Shown piece after piece: positions 29,091 to 39,014 of a DNA stretch of 64,000 bases. The translations under genes were made by a program, and so were the position numbers. Positions within the stretch are counted from its first letter, which is position 1, and every line of letters begins with the position of its first letter. Below the pieces are notes generated by a model, which was not told the DNA's origin, did no database searches, and saw only the letters and a list, made by a program, of their open reading frames with translations. The stretch comes from a virus (Duplodnaviria; Caudoviricetes), in the IMG/VR virus record IMGVR_UViG_3300029288_000071, positions 143,031 through 207,030 of that record; one strand, given 5' to 3'.

Positions 29091-30059
29091 TTAGTCAAAA
29101 TCAATTGCTACTCGTAAAGTAATTGGAATTGTTTTTGGCTTTTTAATTGGCTGTGCTACTTTAGCTACAGCTACTAGTTCATTATCATCATTAAATAATC
29201 CTACTGATGTAATGTAAATATTTCTTTGATAAATGTCTTGAAGATAAAATGTTCCTTTACTTGCAGTACTAGAAGTATTAGAACTTCCCCACTTATAAGC
29301 ATAAGAAGATACTGAAGTATATAATGCAGGATCAGAAGTAACTGCTTTATTATAAAATGCATTATCATTAGAAGTATAATTTAATTCATTGGGCATAGCA
29401 GTACAGAAAGCATTTAATTGCCAAAGAGTATAAGTTGAAGAAAAAGCAATAGATGTAATTGAAGTGGTTGAATTTATATTAGCTAAAGTAGGACCATGTA
29501 TTAAACAAATTCCTAATTCATAAAATATTATTCCTGCACTTAGTCCATCTGCTTGTCGTGAAAGAATTCCCCATTCTGAATTTGCACTTGCAGAATCAAT
29601 AAAAGTAACTCCTGCACTTGTAGTAGCAGTAAAACTTAATGGTTGAATATTTTCTCCATATCTATTTTTCTTAAGAGCAATTACACCAACATTTCCTAAA
29701 TTGCACAAATTATCTCGAATAATAACGCCGTCTATAGTTCTAAAATTACTCAAATATTGTGTGAATCCAGTTGTAGTACTGAGAGTTTTTCCATCATCAA
29801 AATCATAATTTTTAATCATCATATTAGCAAAATATGCATAAGCAGAGCTTGATCCAGTAGATACACCTACAACACTTGTAACTGATGCGCTAGAAGCTGA
29901 AACAATAAAAGATTGTTTTGACGTTACATGAGATTCAGAAAAAAAGTAATCATCATTATGTAAAGTTATAAACCCAACTGAAGAAGCAGTAGGTGTAGCA
30001 CCTGCACCTCTTGGTTGGTCTATTTCAATATATGTATTATCTAATTTTAAAATTTGCAT
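29091..30059 (-). CDS. virion baseplate/tail protein (paralog family A)
   Basis: C-terminal YITSVGL.ND.N.L.A.AK...P motif shared with 30063 and 36355; Ser/Thr-rich. Confidence 0.7.
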   Translation of the reverse strand: MQILKLDNTYIEIDQPRGAGATPTASSVGFITLHNDDYFFSESHVTSKQSFIVSASSASVTSVVGVSTGSSSAYAYFANMMIKNYDFDDGKTLSTTTGFTQYLSNFRTIDGVIIRDNLCNLGNVGVIALKKNRYGENIQPLSFTATTSAGVTFIDSASANSEWGILSRQADGLSAGIIFYELGICLIHGPTLANINSTTSITSIAFSSTYTLWQLNAFCTAMPNELNYTSNDNAFYNKAVTSDPALYTSVSSYAYKWGSSNTSSTASKGTFYLQDIYQRNIYITSVGLFNDDNELVAVAKVAQPIKKPKTIPITLRVAIDFD

Positions 30060-30062
30060 AAA

Positions 30063-30692
30063 TTAAAAGTCAAATTTTACTTGAACTTGTGCATTATGTT
30101 CAGCATCTTTTCTTAAAGGTTTACTCAATTTAGCAATAGCAATTAAATCATTTAAATCATTATATAAACCTACAGAAGTAATATATCCAGCTGAAGGATT
30201 GTATCTTTGTAAATTTGTAGTACTATCAACTGCCGTTTTATTTTCAGAAATATTCATTTCATTACCAGTAGCAGTTACATTAACCATTAATCTTTCAACA
30301 AAATTAACTGAAACAAAATTAAGTCGTTTAATATAAAAATTAGTAGCCATTAAATTAGGATCAAGTGTCATACCAGAAGTACCGATTGAACTTAATAAAT
30401 CATATCCACCTGGTGCATATTCATCATCAAAAATAATCATTCCTAAATCATAATTTATAAATCCTACTCTTCTATCTGTTTTTGTTATTCCATTATCTTC
30501 AACAAACACTACATATCCTGTTTTCATGATACCATCTTGATTATAGTCTGGTAAATCTTTCAATGTATAAATATTTTCTTCAGCAGTAAAAGCTGCATTA
30601 AAAGTAAACAGATGAATAGGGTTTCCTGAAGTAGGACTATCTTGATATCCGATTTGATCTAAACAAGCATAATCTATTGAAGTATATGCCAT
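30063..30692 (-). CDS. virion baseplate/tail protein (paralog family A, C-terminal half only)
   Basis: VGFINYDLG, NEMNISEN, YITSVGLYNDLNDLIAIAKLSKP. Confidence 0.7.
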   Translation of the reverse strand: MAYTSIDYACLDQIGYQDSPTSGNPIHLFTFNAAFTAEENIYTLKDLPDYNQDGIMKTGYVVFVEDNGITKTDRRVGFINYDLGMIIFDDEYAPGGYDLLSSIGTSGMTLDPNLMATNFYIKRLNFVSVNFVERLMVNVTATGNEMNISENKTAVDSTTNLQRYNPSAGYITSVGLYNDLNDLIAIAKLSKPLRKDAEHNAQVQVKFDF

Positions 30693-32236
30693 TATAAAAT
30701 CACCTTAATTGTATAAGTAATTTTTAACATTTCTCCATTAGCTATAACAACAGGAGTTGTTAAGAGATTTCTAGCAATTAAAAACAATCTTACAGGATAT
30801 TCTTGATCTGAACCTTCACTATTACTATTGTGTGCTCCTACTGTTAATCCTATTTCATTAGCAGTTACAGCTGTTCCACAAGCATTTTCAACAACTCTAA
30901 TAATATCAAAACTAACTGCTGTAGTAGTATCAGCTATTGCAGTGAAATTATGTATGAATTGTCCATAGTAATATAGAGAACTAATTGAATCTGAGCCATG
31001 ATGAAAAGCTTGTGAATCAGTTGCTGCAGTAGGACCTAACCAAATATCTGTTTCTGATACTGCAGAAGTTCCAAAACCTAAAACAATACCATGTTTCCAA
31101 GCAGGATCTGTACTAATAGTTGTAACATCTCCGTATGTAATTGCTTGAGTTTCACCTCCAGGAGCTAAAACTTTGAATGTTCCTGTAGAATTTGCCCAGT
31201 TTGAATCAACATTAATAGTATTTATAGCAGATCTTGTTGTTTGCCCAAAATGTCTTCTCAATAACTTCATTAAATTCTGGTTAAAACCACCAGGATTAGT
31301 TCCTGCTGATTGGATAGCTCTTATATAATAAATGATTATTAAGATTTTACCATTCTCAATTTCAAGACCTGGAGCAATAGCATCTCTTATGATTAATGTA
31401 TAAGCATTTCCATCTTTAGTTCCATAAACACAATACATACCAATTTCATTAATTGTAATTGCTGAACCACTTGAATTTGTAAAAGGTCTAACAAATGAAA
31501 TTTCTGATTGATTAGAGATAGTTGTATCATCTTGACCAGTCATACCTCCATAAACTAATCTACCAGAAGTTGAACCAGTTTGTAATTCTTTTTCTAATAA
31601 ACAATCAGATAAACTTACTGCTTTTGTTCCTGTTCCTACAACTATCATTGGCCATTTGAATGATTCAGTAGAAGGAGTAAGATCAACAGGATTGGCAGAT
31701 AGAACTGCTTGTCTAATTGTTGCACTACTAGCAACATATCCTGCAGAAGTAGCAGCAGTTGTTCCTGTTAGAAAAATATCTACTTGAGAAGCAGATTTCC
31801 ATGTATATTCATATATTCCTTCTTTCAAATCACAAGCAGGAACAACACTTGCGATGCTACAATATCCTGTTACAGGATTTGAATTTCTTAAATTACCTCC
31901 TGAAATATTCAATCTAACAACAGTTCCCGTAGTTCCTGAAGTTACAGAAGATACAGCACTAAAATATGTTATATTGTTTGCTGCTGCACCTACATCATTT
32001 GCAAAATAAACATCAGGCATTCGTGTGAAGTTTAATCCATTCATTTGTAGATAAAGAATGTTTAAAAATCCTCTAAGCATACTATCAGATTTTTTTCGTA
32101 GAACTAGTTCTCCATCGATGTAAGCATCCATATAAACATCTAAATTACCACCACCAATTACTAATTCATGATTAAGTTCTTTTACTTCTTTTTTATTCTC
32201 TGTTTTTATATTAATTTGGTTTAAATCATTTTTCAT
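30692..32236 (-). CDS. virion protein with a tandem internal duplication (tail-fibre/collar-like)
   Basis: Two copies of G.GT.AVS..D...N..G.A.T.NEIG...LI.R......I.NG..L.I.Y.I. Confidence 0.65.
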   Translation of the reverse strand: MKNDLNQINIKTENKKEVKELNHELVIGGGNLDVYMDAYIDGELVLRKKSDSMLRGFLNILYLQMNGLNFTRMPDVYFANDVGAAANNITYFSAVSSVTSGTTGTVVRLNISGGNLRNSNPVTGYCSIASVVPACDLKEGIYEYTWKSASQVDIFLTGTTAATSAGYVASSATIRQAVLSANPVDLTPSTESFKWPMIVVGTGTKAVSLSDCLLEKELQTGSTSGRLVYGGMTGQDDTTISNQSEISFVRPFTNSSGSAITINEIGMYCVYGTKDGNAYTLIIRDAIAPGLEIENGKILIIIYYIRAIQSAGTNPGGFNQNLMKLLRRHFGQTTRSAINTINVDSNWANSTGTFKVLAPGGETQAITYGDVTTISTDPAWKHGIVLGFGTSAVSETDIWLGPTAATDSQAFHHGSDSISSLYYYGQFIHNFTAIADTTTAVSFDIIRVVENACGTAVTANEIGLTVGAHNSNSEGSDQEYPVRLFLIARNLLTTPVVIANGEMLKITYTIKVIL

Positions 32237-32247
32237 TTTTTTTTACC

Positions 32248-34017
32248 TTAAGAGGTTATAGACGTTTGTGAAATACTTGTAATAGAATCTGGAATTAGTT
32301 CTAGTTCTGTATAATTATACGGACTAGTTGCAATAGATACATCTACTGTTCTATCTGTTGCTGAATCAGACATCCTAATCCAATCCTCATATACTGCAAC
32401 CCAGTTATGTTCTCCACTAACAGCATAAATAACATAGGCACTTGATAAAGTAGCATTTTCAACATTTAATAAAGATTTTGAGAAAATTGTTGAAGAAATA
32501 CTACTTGTAAGATTCAATGAAACGGCGCTTAATGCATCTCCACCATAAGTTCTAGTTGTAAATGTATTAACTTGGCTAGTTGTAGAAAGTTTATAATTAC
32601 TTGCAACAACATACCAATTATATTCTGTTATAATACTTAATGCAGTAACTGTTGCTGTTGATGTTGAAATACTTGATGCAATTAATACTGCTCCTGCTGA
32701 ACCAGCTGATGCTAATCCAAAATATACATCATAATCAATATCTAGACCAAGTGGATCAGTGCATACCCAAGTTAAATCTGTAGTTAAAGCACAAGCAGAT
32801 TCAGCACTTGCTGGTACACCAGTAGCACCACTAACTGGACTAAATGCTGAAAATACAGGTGCAGAAATACTTACATCAAGAGTATCAAATTTGTGGTAAG
32901 CAACAACATTTCTATTCCAAGATAATAAATTACTATCTGTTAATGGATTGATTTCTGCTTGACTTATAATTTGTTTTACAAAAGGATCATAATCACCTGT
33001 AATTTTAAGATAAGCAGGATTTGATAATACAGTATCCCATAAAACAAATTTATGGTATTTTCCTGTAAAAGTTTTATTATTTTTTGTAAATCCAGTTAAT
33101 GCGGAAGAACCTTCTCCATAAAGATTTGCGCCTAATGCAAGAAAAGTTCCTAGAGCACTACTTGCTGAAGAATTATATGCATCAAATGTAAATGTACAAG
33201 GTGTTTGTTTACCAACTCTTATACTACTTAATGAAGAAGATTCAGGTATATAGTAATTTTTATCAACATGTAATATTCCATATCGAGACTCATTATTTGC
33301 TAGTGACCATTCAAATAAAATATTATGATAACCTCCATCATAAAAATTTATATTACGAGTATCAAATACAGCTATAGTACTATTATTTGCACACACTGAA
33401 GCTTGATAATTAAGTTGATCAGTATTTCCTGTATCTCTAGCATCTATTACATAACAATAAATTTTACCGTCATTTCTTAATTCCATTCCAATTCCTGGAT
33501 AATCATCAGGAATATTATCAACTGTAATTAATTTAGTATCAAAATTTGCTTTTATAGTTGCATTTGCTGTAATAGTAACTGTTGTTATATAACTATATGG
33601 ATCTGCTATAGAAGCATCACCTGATTGAACTGACCAATTTTTGAAAAAATAATTTGTTGCAGGTGTAGCAACAATTGTATTAATTGTTCCACTTGATACA
33701 GGAATTGGGAAAGAAGGAATTGTCCTTCCATTCCCATCATCAATTATATTGAGTAATAAGAATTCAGGTTGAAAATGTGCAACGAATGATATATCATCAC
33801 CTGGAGGGGGCACCCAAGATCTAAAAGAAAAATCAGGAAGATATATGTCACTACATTGAGGATTACCTAATGAAATTTGCCAATACCAAAAAGTATACCC
33901 AGAAGCAGGTACTGCACTAATATTGTAAAAAGTTCCTTGAACTATAGTCCAGCCACCTTCTGTAAAATCACCTGTTATACTTCCATGCCCATCAGTAGAT
34001 AAACTTAAATCTGACAT
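32248..34017 (-). CDS. virion protein: two InlB-B-like repeats, LamG C-terminal half, Fn3-like domain
   Basis: A.PA.GY.F..W repeats; DGGYHNI..FTGK...VLWDTVLS; LTW...D...YDVYFG...YNWYVVA. Confidence 0.65.
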   Translation of the reverse strand: MSDLSLSTDGHGSITGDFTEGGWTIVQGTFYNISAVPASGYTFWYWQISLGNPQCSDIYLPDFSFRSWVPPPGDDISFVAHFQPEFLLLNIIDDGNGRTIPSFPIPVSSGTINTIVATPATNYFFKNWSVQSGDASIADPYSYITTVTITANATIKANFDTKLITVDNIPDDYPGIGMELRNDGKIYCYVIDARDTGNTDQLNYQASVCANNSTIAVFDTRNINFYDGGYHNILFEWSLANNESRYGILHVDKNYYIPESSSLSSIRVGKQTPCTFTFDAYNSSASSALGTFLALGANLYGEGSSALTGFTKNNKTFTGKYHKFVLWDTVLSNPAYLKITGDYDPFVKQIISQAEINPLTDSNLLSWNRNVVAYHKFDTLDVSISAPVFSAFSPVSGATGVPASAESACALTTDLTWVCTDPLGLDIDYDVYFGLASAGSAGAVLIASSISTSTATVTALSIITEYNWYVVASNYKLSTTSQVNTFTTRTYGGDALSAVSLNLTSSISSTIFSKSLLNVENATLSSAYVIYAVSGEHNWVAVYEDWIRMSDSATDRTVDVSIATSPYNYTELELIPDSITSISQTSITS

Positions 34018-34027
34018 AATTTTCTAT

Positions 34028-36304
34028 TTATATAAATTGTTGTTTAAGCTTTAAATATATTTTTTTATTTGGAAAAATTTCTAAATTCTTTTTTCGTGCA
34101 TAAAATGTTAAATAGTGTGTTGATAAATCAGAAGGAACTGCATCAAACCAAGCTGTTATTGATGCAGATTGTCCGTCATAAAGTGTTGAAGGAACTGCAC
34201 TAACTTTTACATTTTGAATATGAAATTCTCTATCATATGCAGTAGCTGCACTAGAGTCAATTGAAAAACCTATCCAAACTGCAGTTGGTGTAAATTCATA
34301 AGCAGGAGCGTCATATAATAAATCTACATGCTTTTCAATAGTTGTTTTATATGGCCATCTTGAAAATCCAATTAAATATGAATCAGTAAATGAACAAATA
34401 CTTGATGTATGAGCAGATGGTCCAGCATCTTTTTGTATTAACGTTTTAAGTTTTTGACCAGTATACATATTATCTCCAGTAGTTGTTAAATCAAATGATA
34501 CAATTAAACCAGATAATCCAGAAGAAAGTACTAATTTCTGGAAAATATAATCTGAAGAAGCACCTGAAGTTATGCCTGATATAATTAATCTATTTCCAAC
34601 TAAATCTTCTGCAATGGCAGTGCTACTATATGAAACAACTTGTGAAGTACTACCTACATAAGAAGAACTATAAGCAGATCCAGCTGCAGTATACCATCCT
34701 GTTAGAGTTGCAAATCCACTATTTGTTATTGCTTGTGCTTGAGCTGTAGTAAATTTAAGTTTTCCAGCTGTACCAACTCCAGCTGGATAAATATCTTGCG
34801 CTGAAACTCCCCATCTCATAACTCCATGTTTTACATTATAAAAAGTAATAACTGCACTAGAAGCTCCAGTTGTTGATTGAGTAGAAATTGGTACTGCTTC
34901 TACTTTAGAAACAAAAACACTAATTGCAGCTCTTCCTGCTGGAGCAATAGTTGAATAAGCATAATTTTCAATATATCCTGCAACACCCTTATTCCAAATT
35001 TCAAATTGAATAGTTTTCGGAAATGTATTTGTAACTTGAGTTATTCTTACTGATGCTGTTCCATCACCACCATTTAACACATAAATATCTCCAACTTGAA
35101 TAGTTCCTGTAATAAATAGATTTGTATTAATTACTTCTGCTATACGATAATTTACAGCAACATTCATAGTACATTCATAAGTATTTGTGCTTGCATTAAA
35201 AATGTAAGGTGAAGAAACTAAAGCATTAGCTGATAATGGATCCAAACTCATATATTGTTTATCAACTATAGCATTTCCAAATGCTGATTGTGAATAATCA
35301 CCTGATTTTCTAGAAAGTAAAGTTTGAATAGGGCAAGGAGTAAGTTCAGGTCTAACTCTCAAATAAATTGAAAATCCTGTTAAAACTGAACCACTAACAC
35401 CGTTTTGTGTAGATCCAATCAATCCAGGATTAGATGTCATACCCATCCAAAAACCTGAGTCACTAGCAGTTTTATCTGTTAGCGAAGGATAGTTTTTTGA
35501 ATTATCTAAATTTTCACCATATTTATATGCTGATACTGATGTGTTTACTGTTGCATTAAAACTTCCAGGTTTTATTCTATCTCCATAATCAGATCTGTTA
35601 AACATTATAACTCTAATTCCAGTTAAACCAGAACCATCAGTTTTTCTTCTAATAAGTCCTAATTGTCCAGCAGTTGACGACAAATAATTATTCCAACTTG
35701 CATCAGCATTATCACTAAAATCTCTACAAACATAACCTCTAACATGCTCATAGATAGAAGAAATAGCAATAGTACTTAAATTACCCATTGATATTGCAGT
35801 AATATCAATTTTACAACCAATACCAGATCCAGTAATTTTATTAGTATCATTTTGTGTGCTAACACTATAACCACTAGTACCACTACTTACTAATTCTACA
35901 GTTAAAACTTGTCCTCCCATACTAGGATTAACAGTTAAAACTCTAACAATAGCATCTCCTGCACCTGTAGTAATATACATTGTATCACCAGGACCATAAA
36001 ACATACCACCAACACTAGGTACAGAATTAATACTGAGAATAGAACCAACACTACTAGCACTGATAAGATTTGAAAAATATCTAATCGTACCACTTGTCAA
36101 TGTTCCTATTGCATATCCTGGAGGAATAGCTTCTGAAAAGAACATAGTCCCTGAACTAGAATTATCGAAATGTTTTTCTACTTCATTTTCAGTAGATAGT
36201 TGAATAACATCAAGATTTTTACTAAGATGAACTTTTCCTTCTTCTGTAGAAATTTGTTCTGCAATTATATTTGCGGGTAAAGTTGTATTTGCTGTTAATG
36301 CCAT
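34028..36304 (-). CDS. large Ser/Thr-rich virion protein (family A N-terminal half + LamG N-terminal half + inserted modules)
   Basis: RVIMFNRSDYGDRIKPGSF; GFSIYLRVRP..QTLLSRK; two GD...I/L..G.G.A.VR modules. Confidence 0.65.
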   Translation of the reverse strand: MALTANTTLPANIIAEQISTEEGKVHLSKNLDVIQLSTENEVEKHFDNSSSGTMFFSEAIPPGYAIGTLTSGTIRYFSNLISASSVGSILSINSVPSVGGMFYGPGDTMYITTGAGDAIVRVLTVNPSMGGQVLTVELVSSGTSGYSVSTQNDTNKITGSGIGCKIDITAISMGNLSTIAISSIYEHVRGYVCRDFSDNADASWNNYLSSTAGQLGLIRRKTDGSGLTGIRVIMFNRSDYGDRIKPGSFNATVNTSVSAYKYGENLDNSKNYPSLTDKTASDSGFWMGMTSNPGLIGSTQNGVSGSVLTGFSIYLRVRPELTPCPIQTLLSRKSGDYSQSAFGNAIVDKQYMSLDPLSANALVSSPYIFNASTNTYECTMNVAVNYRIAEVINTNLFITGTIQVGDIYVLNGGDGTASVRITQVTNTFPKTIQFEIWNKGVAGYIENYAYSTIAPAGRAAISVFVSKVEAVPISTQSTTGASSAVITFYNVKHGVMRWGVSAQDIYPAGVGTAGKLKFTTAQAQAITNSGFATLTGWYTAAGSAYSSSYVGSTSQVVSYSSTAIAEDLVGNRLIISGITSGASSDYIFQKLVLSSGLSGLIVSFDLTTTGDNMYTGQKLKTLIQKDAGPSAHTSSICSFTDSYLIGFSRWPYKTTIEKHVDLLYDAPAYEFTPTAVWIGFSIDSSAATAYDREFHIQNVKVSAVPSTLYDGQSASITAWFDAVPSDLSTHYLTFYARKKNLEIFPNKKIYLKLKQQFI

Positions 36305-36354
36305 TTATAACTCTTTATGGTTATATTTTGAAAATATAATCTTTTAAGGTTATA

Positions 36355-37224
36355 TTAGAAATCTAATCTAACACTGAAAAGCCCTTCTGATTGAAAATCC
36401 TTCTTTTTAGCAGGATTCAATTTACCTATAGCTAATAAATTACCTGCATCATCATACAAACCTATAGTAGTGATAAATGTAGTAGGTTCAGCAGTTAAAG
36501 AATTTAATACATATCCATCAGAAGTTCTAGCTGTAGGATTTGTTGTAAAATTCATTTCTGTATTATAAGCTCTACAAAAATAAATTGTTCTTTTTAAAAT
36601 ATTTCTAGTTTTACAAGTAAATAATGTTAAATTAACATAATTTGCTGCATAACCAGCACTAATTCCAAATCCAGAAGTTGAACTTATAAGTGCTGTTGAA
36701 GAAGGAGCTCCTCCATGAAGAACTATAACTCCATGATCATAAAATACAGTTCCTACAACATCTGCAGTATTACTTTTATTTATGAAGCTTCCTGTTAATC
36801 CTAAAGGACTATTTGCAGAATTAATATTTTGCGAATCATAAGCTGTTATAGTAAATTGAGTAGCTGAAATTGTTGCTGTTATAGAGTTTGGATAAAAACC
36901 TTCATCTAATAAGGGTCTTCCTAATTCAATTACTCTTATGCTTGTTTGTGGTGTAATTCCATCATATGAATCGTAAATATAATCTGGAGTACCGAAAAAA
37001 TAATTAGCTATATGTCTAAAAGCAGAAGATACAGAAATAGTTGTAGCTGAATTAGATGTAGAATCAGGTTTATTAAGAAATCCTGTAGCACTTGCTTGCG
37101 CAGAAAACACCCAAAGTGAAGAAGCAGCAGCTATTGCTGAACTAGAAATATTAATTTCAGTATTGGGAGTATCGATTTTAGTAGAGACTATATCTTTTGA
37201 TTCATCAAATTTTATAAATGACAT
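36355..37224 (-). CDS. virion baseplate/tail protein (paralog family A)
   Basis: VGTVFYDHG, YFCRA...EMNFTTNPT, FITTIGLYDD.GNLLAIGKL. Confidence 0.7.
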   Translation of the reverse strand: MSFIKFDESKDIVSTKIDTPNTEINISSSAIAAASSLWVFSAQASATGFLNKPDSTSNSATTISVSSAFRHIANYFFGTPDYIYDSYDGITPQTSIRVIELGRPLLDEGFYPNSITATISATQFTITAYDSQNINSANSPLGLTGSFINKSNTADVVGTVFYDHGVIVLHGGAPSSTALISSTSGFGISAGYAANYVNLTLFTCKTRNILKRTIYFCRAYNTEMNFTTNPTARTSDGYVLNSLTAEPTTFITTIGLYDDAGNLLAIGKLNPAKKKDFQSEGLFSVRLDF

Positions 37225-37235
37225 TATTTTTCTCT

Positions 37236-38378
37236 TTATTTATTAAGTGGTACAAAAATATAACGATTTGTTGTTTTTAACATAGATTGATATATGAAAA
37301 GCATTGAATTACCAAATATCGCATTAAATCCAGTTTTTTGAGTTTGTATATCTTGAATTTTTTTGTTTAAACTAATCCATTCAGGATTTTCAATCCAATT
37401 TCCTGCTACTCCATTAACATATGAAACAGTTGATACAGTTGTATTTTCTGTAATAGTTGGAGCAGTTGGAATTGTTTCAACTGTTGGAATTGGCTGTTCT
37501 GTAGTAGTTATTACTGTAGAACTAGTTGCAGAAGCTGTTACAGGTTCTTGTACTACTACAGCTTCTCTTTGTGATAAAGTTAAACCATTATAAAATAAAA
37601 ATTCTACATCACACCCTTTTTGAGTAGTTACTCCTGCTATATGAATCACACAACTAGCAGCACCTATAAGATTCCAAGTAGCAGCATCACCATGTTTAAT
37701 TAATTGACCAGTAGAAAGTCGCATTTCTTTTCGTTCAGTTTTACCTGTAATTACTTCAAGTATCTGAATTGTCTTAGGAGAAAGAGATTTTAATAAATCA
37801 GAATTTACTGTAACAAGAGTTTCTTTATTTAAGCTTAAAATTAATTGAACAATTACTTCAGTTTGATTTTGTCTAGTTTCAAATGAGTCTGAACAAGCTA
37901 CTGAAGCATAATTAGAATTTACAGGTTGCAATATTTGAGGTTGTTGTGATTGAACTATATAATTTGAGTCAGCTCCATAAAAAGTTCTTACTTTTAGAGA
38001 ATATGTAGTAGATGAAATAGAATTTGTATCAACAAGAACAGTTATTCTATCTCTTTTTGATCTATTGTTTTGTTGACCATCAACAAAAGGATAATTTATA
38101 TCTGTATCAATATAAGCTACTTGATTTGTTTCTTTAGTAAAAGATTCAAGATAATATTTTTGACTTGCTAAGCCTCCCAAAGTACAAGCTTCTAAAATTG
38201 GTGTATTTAAAATATCATGTTGATCAGCATTTGCAGTTCCATCAAAAAGACTATAATCTATTTCATCATCAGAAAGTCTATATTGAGTAATTTTAAAATT
38301 TACTGAATTCTCAGCAGCAACCTGTCTACCAAGTCTAGTCAAAATTGCTACACAAGTCCCTGTTGTAGTTAAATACAT
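37236..38378 (-). CDS. virion baseplate/tail protein (paralog family B)
   Basis: AILTRLGR...FKI..Y.L.DDEIDY.L...PILE shared with 38388. Confidence 0.7.
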   Translation of the reverse strand: MYLTTTGTCVAILTRLGRQVAAENSVNFKITQYRLSDDEIDYSLFDGTANADQHDILNTPILEACTLGGLASQKYYLESFTKETNQVAYIDTDINYPFVDGQQNNRSKRDRITVLVDTNSISSTTYSLKVRTFYGADSNYIVQSQQPQILQPVNSNYASVACSDSFETRQNQTEVIVQLILSLNKETLVTVNSDLLKSLSPKTIQILEVITGKTERKEMRLSTGQLIKHGDAATWNLIGAASCVIHIAGVTTQKGCDVEFLFYNGLTLSQREAVVVQEPVTASATSSTVITTTEQPIPTVETIPTAPTITENTTVSTVSYVNGVAGNWIENPEWISLNKKIQDIQTQKTGFNAIFGNSMLFIYQSMLKTTNRYIFVPLNK

Positions 38379-38387
38379 TTTGTTCTC

Positions 38388-38966
38388 TTATTGTTGTGTT
38401 GTTATAGTTATAGGTACAGAAATAATTGCTCCTGTATCTTTTCCAATTATATCAATATAAGTTGTTCCATTTGTAAATCCAGAACTAATAGCAATTACAG
38501 CACTAGCTTGTCCATTAGAATCAACAGTTGCTTGTATTATTGAATTATCAACTTTAGCAATCTTTGTATCTCTACTATATGCATTATAAGAAGTATCTAA
38601 TCCTGCTTTTGTAATTATTGAAAATGTTCCTTTATTTGCTAAAGTAGAATTTGAAATAGTAATATTTTGTAAAAGTAAAGAAGTAGGATTAGCTACAAGA
38701 TAAGCTACTTGTTGAGTACCAACAGGAGCAGTAACTAATCTGTATCTTAACGCTGTTAATTCATTTGAACTTGGCTCAAGAATAGGTAAATTTAATACAT
38801 TTGTATCATCTTCAGTATCAGGATCATAAAGTTGATAGTTAATCTCATCATCACCAAATGCAAACTTAACTATTTTAAAAGATCCATCATTTTTTGCAAG
38901 TAATTCTCTTCCCTTTCTTGTTAATATTGCAGCAACAATTGATTGACTTGAATCTAGGAATCCCAT
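38388..38966 (-). CDS. virion baseplate/tail protein (paralog family B)
   Basis: MGFLD..AILTRKGRELLA...FKI.KFAFGDDEINY.LY...LPILEP. Confidence 0.7.
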   Translation of the reverse strand: MGFLDSSQSIVAAILTRKGRELLAKNDGSFKIVKFAFGDDEINYQLYDPDTEDDTNVLNLPILEPSSNELTALRYRLVTAPVGTQQVAYLVANPTSLLLQNITISNSTLANKGTFSIITKAGLDTSYNAYSRDTKIAKVDNSIIQATVDSNGQASAVIAISSGFTNGTTYIDIIGKDTGAIISVPITITTQQ

Positions 38967-38999
38967 AAGTTGTATCTCCGTATTAATTTTGTATAGATT

Positions 39000-39008
39000 A
39001 TAAATATC
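39000..39008 (-). promoter_or_regulatory. putative late promoter GATATTTAT
   Basis: Same 9-mer in three intergenic gaps ahead of structural genes. Confidence 0.5.
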
Positions 39009-39014
39009 TAGAAA

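Noticed and set aside
34023-34030. T4-type late promoter TATAAATA on the minus strand before ORF 32248
   Set aside because: Single occurrence overlapping a stop codon in very AT-rich DNA and not repeated before the other structural genes
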